This document shows, piece after piece, positions 45,814 through 54,044 of a DNA stretch of 64,000 bases; position 1 is the first letter of the stretch; each line of letters begins with the position of its first letter. The stretch spans positions 4,285-68,284 of the forward strand of contig JBMNTT010000009.1 of NCBI GenBank assembly GCA_050945875.1. Direction: 5' to 3'. The notes under the pieces are model-generated. The model saw only the letters and a program-made list of their open reading frames with translations. It had not been told where the DNA came from and searched no databases. A program made the position numbers and the translations under genes. The stretch comes from Christensenellales bacterium. Lineage in GTDB: Bacteria; Bacillota; Clostridia; Christensenellales; JBMNTT01.

Positions 45814-48800
45814 TCAAGAGGTTTGCTTGTTGCGCTTTTTCCGGGTCAAAAGCAGCACCAGCAGCGCGATTGCGGCAGCCAGGCAAATACCGCCGGCCAG
45901 CCAGGAAAGGAACGCATCTCCCGTGTGCGGCTGTGGCGTAGTGTCCACCGGCGCGATGCCCTTGATGGGATCGTCGGGGCCAAAGCCTGCCGGATACACT
46001 GGATCGGGCAGCTCGATGACAATCGCGCCCTCCCCATCAGGCATGGGATCATCCGGCGCAGACGGATCGGTCGGTTTGCCATCGGGGGTATATCCCCCGG
46101 CAACCGCCCGGTTGCCGATCCCGCTCTCCAGCGCCTGGGCGTTGATGACCGCCTCAAAGCGGATATGATAGACCTCGCCGCCATAGATATCGCCGATGCA
46201 CACCGTCAGCATGCCGGCGGTCAAGGCGTAGGCATCGCGTTGGGGCTGGATGCTCCTCCCCTGGGGATCGATCACCACCAGGGTGTCCAGGTCCGGGGTC
46301 AGGCCGGCGGGCAGCAGGTCGCGCACCCGCACATCCGCCCACATGGAGCCGTCCAAGCGGTTGCCCACGGCGATGTCGTAGACGATGCGCTGCCCCACCT
46401 CGAGGCGCTCCGCATCCTCGGCAAGCACCGCGCTCTTGTCAACATAGCCATCGGGGCCAAGGGGCTGCACCCCGGGATCGGGATCGCCCGGATCAACGCC
46501 GGGGATCACCGCGTCGCTCCACACATCGGGCAAAGGCACGCCGTCAGCGTCCGTGCCTGAGGCCACCGCGAGGTTTTGGATGCTCACACCCCCTGTGGGC
46601 GAGACCGCCTTCGAGTTGATCACCGCGTCGAACACCAGGGTGTAAGTCTCGCCGCCCCGGATGGTCCCCACCGGTACGGTGAGTTTCCCGGTCTTTTCAT
46701 CGAAGGTATATTCGCCCTCGTCCAAGGGTCTGCCGACCGGTTCCGGCCCATAAAGCGTCAAGCTGTCCGGCAGAAGCGTCAGACTGAGGGGAAGTTGGTC
46801 GCAGAGGACAACCTGATCCCACTGGGAGTCAGGGGTATGGTTCTGCACCGACAAGCTATAGCGCACCGCATCGCCCACAACGTTAGGCCCGTCGCGATGG
46901 GTCAGGTTGAAGGCGGACTTGACCAGCTGGGTATCAATCGGGCGCAGCGGAATCAGGATGATCTGCACATCATGATCGCGGTCCAGGGAGATGAAGCCAG
47001 TCTTGGCATCATCGATCAGCTCATTATGGAGCTCACCATCCACATAAATCCGCGCCACATCGTACCGCGGATCAATCTGCCAGCTCACCAGGGCGTCCGC
47101 CCCGGCGGGATAATGCCGCGTTGGCGTAATACTACCCAGGCCGCCAGAGATCATGGTACTGACCGTAAAGGGCTCAACAGCGTCCGGATCATCGGGGGGA
47201 TTCGGGTTGTCCGGATCGTCGGGGGGATTCGGGTTGTCCGGGTCATCATCGGCGGCGAAGAACACTTCCACATGATGGTTGCGCACGATGTCGACGAAGT
47301 TCATCTGGCCGCTCTGGGCCACGGCATCGCTCTGGAGCAGGCCATCCACATAGACCTTCTCGATATGCCAGCCATCAGCCGGCACCCAGGTGACCACATG
47401 GTCGCTACCCCGAGAGACCGTGGTGCTGGGGGTGATACTGCCCTGACCATGCTGTTCGGTACTGATGAGCAGGATGGTTTGCGGCTTCTGCGGCTCCTCG
47501 GGCGCATCCTTCAGGATGACCACCACATGCTGATTCTTCTGGATATCGGTGAAGGCCACTGAGCCGGTGGCGATCAGATCGTCGCGCATCTGCCCGTTGA
47601 CGATGACCGCCTGCACCTCATAGCCCGCCTGGGTGGACCAGTTGACCAGCTGATCCTCGCCGGGGTAGACGGTGCAGGATGCGGTGATGGTGCCGGGGCC
47701 ACCGTACAGGTCCGTATCCACCCGCAGCAGCTCATCAGGCTCGGGCGGCGGGTTGTGCGTCGTATCCGAGAAGGTTACCGAGACCTGATGGTGATCCTGG
47801 ATGTCCGTGAAATCCACGCCGCCGGCGGTCAACAGGTCCGGACGCTCCACGCCATCCACCTCGACGCGCAGGACGGACTCGCCCGGAGCGGGCTCCCAGG
47901 TGACGCGATGATGATCGCCGCGATGCACGCGCACCGAGTCGCTGATCGTGCCGTTGCCGATTGCCTCGGTATTCACCCGGACGAACTCCTCATCGGTAGC
48001 CGGGGACTGATCGGAGGTGACCACCACAAAGAGCGAGTGATCCTGCTGGATATCTGAGAAGGTATAGCTGCCCGCGGCGAGCAGGTCGTCTCGGGTGACG
48101 CCGTCTATCACAACGCTCTGGACGCGATATCCAGGGTCCACCGACCAGGCGACGGTGCGCTCCTGGCCGCGCAGGATATCCCGCTCCGTCGGGGTGATCG
48201 CACCGGGGCCGCCGGTCAGGGAGGTGACGATATCGAACAGGTCCTCGGCCTTGGGCGCATCGCTGCTCTCAAGGTAGACCTGTATCAGGCAATCCTCGTC
48301 CACGTTGTTGAGCGGCAGCTGGTTCTCCGAAACGGCGACCTCCTGGCGCACACCGCCTTTGGTAAAGACCACCTTGCTAACCCGATAACCCGAGGATGGA
48401 GCCCACTGGATGGTCACGTTGCTGTTGGGCGCAATGACCTGGGAGGGCGTGATGGTACCCGGTCCGTTGACGATCTGGGTGTTGACCAGCAGCTGGTCGA
48501 GGGCGGGCGCTTTATCGTCGCGGAAGAGGACCTCTACCAGGTGGTTCTCCTGGATATTCATGAAAGACTGGATGGTCGGGGCGCTGGTCGTGTCCGTCCG
48601 CACAGAGACAAAGGTTTCTTTTCCGTTGAGCTTAATTCCGCCGGTGTTCTTGCTGTCATTGATAGCCATGATCTCCAGGTCATGGTTGGCATAGTTGAAG
48701 GACTTTCCCCCATTGACGTTCGGCAGAGTTCCCTGGCCACCATTGCCGTGATCATAATAGGGGCGGGTGTTGCCCGGATTGAGCCCCAGGCCACTGGTAC

Positions 48801-50307
48801 TGCCATCCTTGAGGATTTGTCCTGTAAAGAAATGGACGGTGGAGCGCAGAGAGGAATAGATAGACTTATAGGTCGTGACCTTGCTCGTATTGTACTGCAG
48901 CGACTGCTGAGTACCGCCCGCCGCCGAATCAGGATCCTGCCCATCCAGGGAGAAGATCAATTCGCCGGTGGGATTGTCCTTGATGACCAGGCCATCTCCC
49001 TCGATCTTCACGTTCGCCGGCGTCGCCGGCGACACCGAGATACCGCCAAGCTGGAGCTTAACCATGCGCAGGGGCAGGTTGGTATCCTCCTCGACGATGA
49101 TCAGTTTCCAAGAGGCGAAACAGTCGACGAAATTGTTCCAATCCGCAGCAGTATTTCCATTCATCGCGGTGTAGGGAAGGTTGACGGCCGTATAGGTGCC
49201 GTACCCTTGGCCGCGAACCCAAGCCGTCACATCGAAGTAAGCCGAGACACGCGTATTGACATTATCCTGATAGATGGTGCTCGGGTAGAAATGCCGATAC
49301 TCACCCTTGGGGCCGACCATATAAAACCCATACTGGCCCAAGGGCGCGGTCTTGCTCGTAACACTCCCGCCATACTGCGTGAGCGCCACGACCAGATACG
49401 CCTTGGCGATCCCCGATGTGCCGGTGGTCGCGGTCAGGGTTGAGCTGCTGGAGTTGGTATTGGTGGCGTTCTGACCGCCAATGTTGGCCGGCAAGGTGCC
49501 GCAGTTCTTCTCATAAGTCGTGTTGGAATGGTTCGGCACGCCCACCACGTTTGTGTTATTGTACTTACCGCTACAGTTGGTGTTGCCGGCAAAATTGAAG
49601 CGGTAGGGCCCCGTCATCGAGGACTCTATGAGTTTATCTTTGATATAGTTTTGGGTATTTGGCGAGCCGACCGTGGTGATTGTGGCCAGCGTCATCGCCT
49701 GATTAAAGTACTCCGCCAGGGCCACGAGCTTCTCCTGGGCGGCGGGGTCGATGCTCTCGCCCTCGGCCAGCAGGTCCAGGGCGTCGAACACGGCCTGCAT
49801 CTGGTCGTACACCGCCTGCTTATCGCCCCCGAAGTCGGCGCAGGCGATCTGCTCGGCGGTGGGCAGCTCAGCGATCATGGCTTCGATCTGCTCGGCGGTC
49901 ATCGCGCCAATGGGCAGCGCGTCGGCGCTGGGCGTGGGGCTCTGGCTGGCCGTCGCGTCGGCGCTGGGCATGGGGCTCTGGCTGGCCGTCGCGTCCTGCG
50001 AGGAGACGGGCGCGCTCGGCGAGGAGCTGGGCGCGGGCTTATCCGACGGATCCGCGCTGGCGCTGGGCAACGGCGACGCGCTGTTCAGCTCCGACGCCGT
50101 GGGCTGCGCGCTGGCAGAGGCCGAGGGCGGCGATTGCTGGGTGTCTTCGGGCTCGGTGGAGGACGCCGTCTGCGTGGGCAGCGGCGGATCATCTCCATCG
50201 GGCAGCGCTACAACCGGCAGGGTCCAACCGGACACCGCCAGCAGAACGCTCATGAACAACGCTCCGATGCGCAGGCGTGCTCTGGGTCGACGTAACCGTT
50301 TGTCCAT
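45814..50307 (-). CDS. large cell-wall-anchored surface protein: signal peptide, Ser/Pro/Ala-rich linker, unassigned ~450-aa head, six InlB-B-repeat-like modules, two DUF11-like domains, LPXTG-like sorting signal
   Basis: 1497 aa. Signal peptide N-terminus RLRIGALFMSVLLAVSGW. C-terminus TPQPHTGD plus hydrophobic helix plus RKKRNKQTS. See the repeat features for the internal modules. Confidence 0.9.
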   Translation of the reverse strand: MDKRLRRPRARLRIGALFMSVLLAVSGWTLPVVALPDGDDPPLPTQTASSTEPEDTQQSPPSASASAQPTASELNSASPLPSASADPSDKPAPSSSPSAPVSSQDATASQSPMPSADATASQSPTPSADALPIGAMTAEQIEAMIAELPTAEQIACADFGGDKQAVYDQMQAVFDALDLLAEGESIDPAAQEKLVALAEYFNQAMTLATITTVGSPNTQNYIKDKLIESSMTGPYRFNFAGNTNCSGKYNNTNVVGVPNHSNTTYEKNCGTLPANIGGQNATNTNSSSSTLTATTGTSGIAKAYLVVALTQYGGSVTSKTAPLGQYGFYMVGPKGEYRHFYPSTIYQDNVNTRVSAYFDVTAWVRGQGYGTYTAVNLPYTAMNGNTAADWNNFVDCFASWKLIIVEEDTNLPLRMVKLQLGGISVSPATPANVKIEGDGLVIKDNPTGELIFSLDGQDPDSAAGGTQQSLQYNTSKVTTYKSIYSSLRSTVHFFTGQILKDGSTSGLGLNPGNTRPYYDHGNGGQGTLPNVNGGKSFNYANHDLEIMAINDSKNTGGIKLNGKETFVSVRTDTTSAPTIQSFMNIQENHLVEVLFRDDKAPALDQLLVNTQIVNGPGTITPSQVIAPNSNVTIQWAPSSGYRVSKVVFTKGGVRQEVAVSENQLPLNNVDEDCLIQVYLESSDAPKAEDLFDIVTSLTGGPGAITPTERDILRGQERTVAWSVDPGYRVQSVVIDGVTRDDLLAAGSYTFSDIQQDHSLFVVVTSDQSPATDEEFVRVNTEAIGNGTISDSVRVHRGDHHRVTWEPAPGESVLRVEVDGVERPDLLTAGGVDFTDIQDHHQVSVTFSDTTHNPPPEPDELLRVDTDLYGGPGTITASCTVYPGEDQLVNWSTQAGYEVQAVIVNGQMRDDLIATGSVAFTDIQKNQHVVVILKDAPEEPQKPQTILLISTEQHGQGSITPSTTVSRGSDHVVTWVPADGWHIEKVYVDGLLQSDAVAQSGQMNFVDIVRNHHVEVFFAADDDPDNPNPPDDPDNPNPPDDPDAVEPFTVSTMISGGLGSITPTRHYPAGADALVSWQIDPRYDVARIYVDGELHNELIDDAKTGFISLDRDHDVQIILIPLRPIDTQLVKSAFNLTHRDGPNVVGDAVRYSLSVQNHTPDSQWDQVVLCDQLPLSLTLLPDSLTLYGPEPVGRPLDEGEYTFDEKTGKLTVPVGTIRGGETYTLVFDAVINSKAVSPTGGVSIQNLAVASGTDADGVPLPDVWSDAVIPGVDPGDPDPGVQPLGPDGYVDKSAVLAEDAERLEVGQRIVYDIAVGNRLDGSMWADVRVRDLLPAGLTPDLDTLVVIDPQGRSIQPQRDAYALTAGMLTVCIGDIYGGEVYHIRFEAVINAQALESGIGNRAVAGGYTPDGKPTDPSAPDDPMPDGEGAIVIELPDPVYPAGFGPDDPIKGIAPVDTTPQPHTGDAFLSWLAGGICLAAAIALLVLLLTRKKRNKQTS
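46948..48495 (-). repeat. six tandem ~85-90-aa protein modules (divergent InlB B-repeat-like) inside the surface protein gene
   Basis: Each module has G(G)PG(T/A/S)ITP..., then W..(P/D).GY.V..V.VDG, then F.DIQ..H.V.V.F (aa ~605-1120). Confidence 0.7.
47186..47239. repeat. 27-bp tandem duplication in the coding sequence (DDPDNPNPP x2)
   Basis: GGATCATCGGGGGGATTCGGGTTGTCC / GGATCGTCGGGGGGATTCGGGTTGTCC. Confidence 0.85.
49919..49990. repeat. 36-bp tandem duplication in the coding sequence (DATASQSP(M/T)PSA x2)
   Basis: GCGTCGGCGCTGGGC(G/A)TGGGGCTCTGGCTGGCCGTC repeated head to tail. Confidence 0.85.
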
Positions 50308-50416
50308 GATCTCTTCCCCCTACATGATGATGTCTTATCCCCGACAACGCGCCTGCATGCCCCGTTCGTCATGGCGTAGCGGCGCGCTTGCCGGGTAATC
50401 CATGATAATCCCCGTT

Positions 50417-50477
50417 ACACAAAAGCGGTTTGGACCCCTTGAAGCCCTTTTATAGACATTCAAGTGTCCAAACGTGC
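50417..50477 (-). terminator. long imperfect palindrome plus T-tract (terminator of the recombinase gene and/or attenuator in the adhesin leader)
   Basis: Minus strand GCACGTTTGGACACTTGAA-(14 nt)-TTCAAGGGGTCCAAACCGC followed by TTTTGTGT. A second small hairpin AAATTTGTGCC-AAGATTA-GGCACAATTT lies at 50478-50506. Confidence 0.55.
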
Positions 50478-50506
50478 AAATTGTGCCTAATCTTGGCACA
50501 AATTTA

Positions 50507-50535
50507 ATTGTAGCAGATATGGAGAAAATTGTCTA
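50507..50535 (-). promoter_or_regulatory. strong sigma-A-like promoter pointing toward the surface-protein gene
   Basis: Minus strand TAGACA (50530-50535), 17 nt, TACAAT (50507-50512). It begins 6 nt after the recombinase stop codon. Confidence 0.5.
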
Positions 50536-50540
50536 CATAT

Positions 50541-51158
50541 TTACAGATTTTCCCTGTTCTGCGTATTTCCCTCCCGCTCTCGCACCCAGCGAAAGAAAGT
50601 GTTGTGCGTCACCATCAGGCATCTGCCCGCCTCGCGGCCGCTGATTCGGCCGGATTTCCAGGTATCATAGATCTCCGGAAAGTTCTCCGGCGGCTGTTTC
50701 TCGGGCCGGCCAAAGCGTACCCCCCGCAGCTTGGCCGCGGCGATGCCCTCGGCCTGGCGCTTGCGGATGTTCTCCCGCTCAGTCTGGGCCACATAGCTGA
50801 GCAGCTGCAGCACAATGTCGGCAATCAGCGTGCCCGTCAAATCCCGCCCGTTGCGGGTGTCCAGCAGGGGCATATCCAGCACGACGATATCCGCCTGTTT
50901 CTCCTTCGTGATGATGCGCCACTGCTCCAAAATCTCCTCATAGTTGCGGCCCAACCGGTCGATGCTGGCCACGACGAGGATATCCTCCTTGCGCAGCCTG
51001 CGCACCAGGCGGCGGTACTGGGGCCGATTGAAATCCTTTCCGCTGATTTTGTCCACATAGATATTTCGCTCGGGAATCTCCAGCGACGAGAGCGCAATCA
51101 GCTGCCGATCCTCATTTTGATCCCGGGTGCTCACCCGGACATAGCCATAAATCTGCAT
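50541..51158 (-). CDS. serine recombinase (resolvase/invertase family)
   Basis: ATG at 51158 with GGAGGTG RBS. MQIYGYVRVSTRDQNEDRQ catalytic-Ser motif, SIDRLGRN, LDMPLLDT, ERENIRKRQAEGI, C-terminal HTH (GRISGREAGRCLMVTHNTFFRWVRE). 205 aa. Confidence 0.9.
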   Translation of the reverse strand: MQIYGYVRVSTRDQNEDRQLIALSSLEIPERNIYVDKISGKDFNRPQYRRLVRRLRKEDILVVASIDRLGRNYEEILEQWRIITKEKQADIVVLDMPLLDTRNGRDLTGTLIADIVLQLLSYVAQTERENIRKRQAEGIAAAKLRGVRFGRPEKQPPENFPEIYDTWKSGRISGREAGRCLMVTHNTFFRWVREREGNTQNRENL

Positions 51159-51253
51159 ATTTCGACACCTCCATATGCAATATTTTAGCGGTTTGGAGGG
51201 TAAAATTGTGTGGTAATATCTACCAATATTCTGACAATAGATTGGTAGGCGCA

Positions 51254-51292
51254 GCAAAAAAACCGGCTCAGCCCAATCGGGCCGAACCGGTT
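51254..51292 (-). terminator. intrinsic terminator of the ABC exporter gene
   Basis: Minus strand AACCGGTTCGGCCC-GATT-GGGCTGAGCCGGTT followed by TTTTTTT. Confidence 0.7.
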
Positions 51293-51305
51293 TCGAACAC
51301 GCGCG

Positions 51306-53072
51306 TCAGTTTTCCTCGGAGACGAAGAGAAGCTCGCTCTGGCGCTTGGCGGAGCTGGCCTGCACCTGGCTGAGCTTGGCGTAGAGGCCGCCCTGAGCCA
51401 GCAACGCTTCATGTTTGCCCCGCTCGACGATCTCCCCCTCCTTGAGCACCAGAATCTGGTCCGCCCGCATGACCGTGGAGAGGCGATGGGCGATGACGAT
51501 GATGGTGCGCCCGCCGGAGAGCTGCTCGATGGCGTCCTGAATCTCGGCCTCGGTCTCGGTGTCCACGGCGGAGGTCGCCTCGTCCAGGATCAGGATGGGC
51601 GCATCGCGCAGCACCGCCCGTGCGATGGCGATGCGCTGCTTCTGCCCGCCGGACAGGCGCACGCCCCGCTCCCCCACCAGGGTATCGTAGCCCTGGGGCA
51701 TCTGACAGATAAAATCGTGGGCATGGGCAATGCGCGCCGCCTGCTCAATCTGCTCCGCGCTGGCGTGGGCCACGCCGTAACCAATGTTCTCGGCGATGCT
51801 GCCGTTGAACAGAAAGGTATCCTGCAGCACCATGGAAATCTGCCGCCGCAGGGAGGCTACCTTCAGGGTGCGGATATCCTGTCCGTCCAGCAGGACCCGA
51901 CCCTTCTGGGGATCATAGAAACGCTCGATCAGCGAGACGATGGTGCTTTTGCCCACACCGGTGGGTCCGACCAGAGCCAGCATCTGCCCCGGGGCCACCG
52001 AGAAGGAGATGTCCTTGAGCACCGGTTCGGCCTCGTTGTAGTGGAAAGATACGTGTTCGAAGGCCACCGCGCCCCTGGCCCGCTCCAGCGGCTGGGCGTT
52101 CGGCGCATCCTGAATGTCGCTGGTCGCGTCGAGCACCTCGAACACCCGCACCGCGCCGGCGTAGCTCATCTGCACATCCTCCACCAGCCGGGCCAGCACC
52201 GCCAATGGCTGGTAGAACAGGCTCAGGTACATCAAAAAGCCCACGATGTCCGAGATGGGCATCGCGCCCTGCATGGCGAAAAGGCCGCCCACGCCGATGA
52301 CGATCACGGTGCCCAGGCTGGTCAGGAACTCCACGCTGGGATGGAACAGGGCGTTGGCGAAGTTGGCGCGGATGTTGACCCGGGCATACTTCTCGCGGTA
52401 GCCGTCCATCTTGGCGTGCTCCCGCTCCTCCTGGCCGAAGGCCTGGATCTCCTTCATGCCCGAGAGATTATCCTGCATGACGCCGTTGAGGTCGCCGAGC
52501 ACCTCCTGGTTGATGCGAAAGAGTGGAGCCACCTTCTTGGAGAAGAAGCCGCTCACCCACACCACCAGCGGCACGGGCACCAGGGTCAGGATCGCCAGGG
52601 TTGGGTTGATGACAAAGAGCATCACCGCCACGCCCAGGATGATGAGCACATTGCTGATCAGGTCGGGCAGGGCGTGGGCCACCAAAACCTCGATCTGCCG
52701 GGTGTCGTTGATCATCCGGCTCATCAGCTGGCCGGTCTGTTTGTCCTGATAGTACTTCAGCGACAGGCTCTGCAGCTTGTCATAGATGGTCAGGGTCAGC
52801 TCCGGCACAAAACGCCAGGCCGCCAGGTGGCTGATGGACATGCTGATAAACCGGCACACCGCCCGCAGCAGGTACGCCACCACCAGGATCACCACATACC
52901 CGATGAGGATCCCGCTGGAAACCCCGTCGCTCTCCAGCGCGCCAGTGAGCCGACGCACCATCTCCGGCGTCACCAGGTTGAGCAGCGCCGCGCCCACCAG
53001 ACCGACGACGGCGATAGCCAGCGTCCCCCAGTGCTTCCTGGCCATGAGGATCAAACGCTTCGACAGTCCCAT
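51306..53072 (-). CDS. ABC transporter ATP-binding protein/permease (MsbA-like exporter half-transporter)
   Basis: Six-TM ABC_membrane domain followed by Walker A GPTGVGKST, LSGGQKQRIAIARA, ILILDEATSAVD. Confidence 0.9.
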   Translation of the reverse strand: MGLSKRLILMARKHWGTLAIAVVGLVGAALLNLVTPEMVRRLTGALESDGVSSGILIGYVVILVVAYLLRAVCRFISMSISHLAAWRFVPELTLTIYDKLQSLSLKYYQDKQTGQLMSRMINDTRQIEVLVAHALPDLISNVLIILGVAVMLFVINPTLAILTLVPVPLVVWVSGFFSKKVAPLFRINQEVLGDLNGVMQDNLSGMKEIQAFGQEEREHAKMDGYREKYARVNIRANFANALFHPSVEFLTSLGTVIVIGVGGLFAMQGAMPISDIVGFLMYLSLFYQPLAVLARLVEDVQMSYAGAVRVFEVLDATSDIQDAPNAQPLERARGAVAFEHVSFHYNEAEPVLKDISFSVAPGQMLALVGPTGVGKSTIVSLIERFYDPQKGRVLLDGQDIRTLKVASLRRQISMVLQDTFLFNGSIAENIGYGVAHASAEQIEQAARIAHAHDFICQMPQGYDTLVGERGVRLSGGQKQRIAIARAVLRDAPILILDEATSAVDTETEAEIQDAIEQLSGGRTIIVIAHRLSTVMRADQILVLKEGEIVERGKHEALLAQGGLYAKLSQVQASSAKRQSELLFVSEEN

Positions 53073-53217
53073 TTCCGCACCCCTTCATTTTAACGAAAAA
53101 TAAACCGTCTCTATTCTGACACCGGCCCGAGCGGTTGTCAATGTTTCCCGGGCAATTTTACCGTATCAAAATTTCTCACCCGGCCATACTAGCGAAAAGT
53201 ACGTATCGGAGGCGGCC

Positions 53218-53577
53218 ATGGCAAAGAAGAACCTTAAGAGCAGTATCCTCGGCGGCGCCGCCGGGCTGGTCAACGGCCTGCTGGGTTCGGGCGGCGGCAC
53301 GCTGCTGGTTCCCTTTATGGAGCGCGCGCTGAAGGTGGAGGAGCACAAGGCCCACGCCACCGCCATCGCGGTCATCCTGCCGCTGTGCGCGGTGAGCGCC
53401 TTCTTTTACATCCAGAAAGGCGCGGTGGACTGGTCGATTTTCTGGTGGGTCGCGCTGGGCGGCGTCGCGGGCGGATTCATCGGAGCCAAATGGCTCAAAA
53501 AAATATCCGGCAAATGGCTGCACCTGATCTTTGGCGGCTTCATGATCGCGGCCGCAGTTAGGATGATTCTCAAATGA
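53218..53577 (+). CDS. TSUP (TauE/SafE) family half-size membrane protein
   Basis: 119 aa, GLLGSGGGTLLVPF motif, about 4 TM helices. Confidence 0.75.
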   Translation: MAKKNLKSSILGGAAGLVNGLLGSGGGTLLVPFMERALKVEEHKAHATAIAVILPLCAVSAFFYIQKGAVDWSIFWWVALGGVAGGFIGAKWLKKISGKWLHLIFGGFMIAAAVRMILK

Positions 53578-53969
53578 TTTTTCTCTACATCTTAATTGGT
53601 CTGGCGGCGGGCGTTATCTCGGGCATGGGCATTGGCGGCGGGGTCATCCTGATCCCGGCGCTGGTCTTCTTCACCGGCACCGCTCAGCACGCGGCCCAGG
53701 GCATTAACCTGCTCTACTTTCTGCCCACGGCGGTCATCGCCCTGTGGGTGCACATCAAAAACCACAACATTCAAAAGGATGTGCTGCCCGCGCTGATCAT
53801 CAGCGGCCTGGTGGGCGCTATCGGCGGAAGCCTGCTGGCCAACTGGATCAGCGGGGAAACCCTGGGCCATATCTTCGGCTACTTCCTGCTGCTCATGGGC
53901 GGGCTGGAGATTTTCAAGGGCATCAAGATGAAGGGCAAGTCAAGTCCGTCAGCGGAAAAATCCGCCTGA
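53574..53969 (+). CDS. TSUP (TauE/SafE) family half-size membrane protein
   Basis: 131 aa, GMGIGGGVILIPAL motif. The start overlaps the upstream stop (ATGA), implying translational coupling. Confidence 0.75.
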   Translation: MIFLYILIGLAAGVISGMGIGGGVILIPALVFFTGTAQHAAQGINLLYFLPTAVIALWVHIKNHNIQKDVLPALIISGLVGAIGGSLLANWISGETLGHIFGYFLLLMGGLEIFKGIKMKGKSSPSAEKSA

Positions 53970-54044
53970 TCCACCGAGAATTGCCGCACATTCCGGGCGC
54001 GTCGGGCGCGCATACTATCCCTGGACACCCTTGGGTGTACCCGC

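Noticed and set aside
45239-45886. 215-aa minus-strand ORF and other 70-110-aa ORFs around 45.1-45.9 kb
   Set aside because: They overlap the tRNA-Leu gene and its terminator, or are Arg-rich low-complexity translations of an intergenic region, and have no RBS.
50308-50500. Possible c-di-GMP-I or c-di-GMP-II riboswitch in the adhesin leader
   Set aside because: I compared it by eye with the conserved cores (GGCAAA...GACGCAAAGC for class I; GGGCAC...GUGCAACCGACC for class II). Only weak partial resemblances appear (GGCAAGC, GACGAACGGGG), and the terminator precedes rather than follows the candidate region. A covariance-model scan would be needed to revisit this.
51187-51199. Possible att-type duplication of the tRNA-Leu 3' end at the distal border of the adhesin/recombinase segment
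   Set aside because: Only TGGAGGG (7 bp) is shared with the tRNA T-arm region. This is too short to be meaningful.
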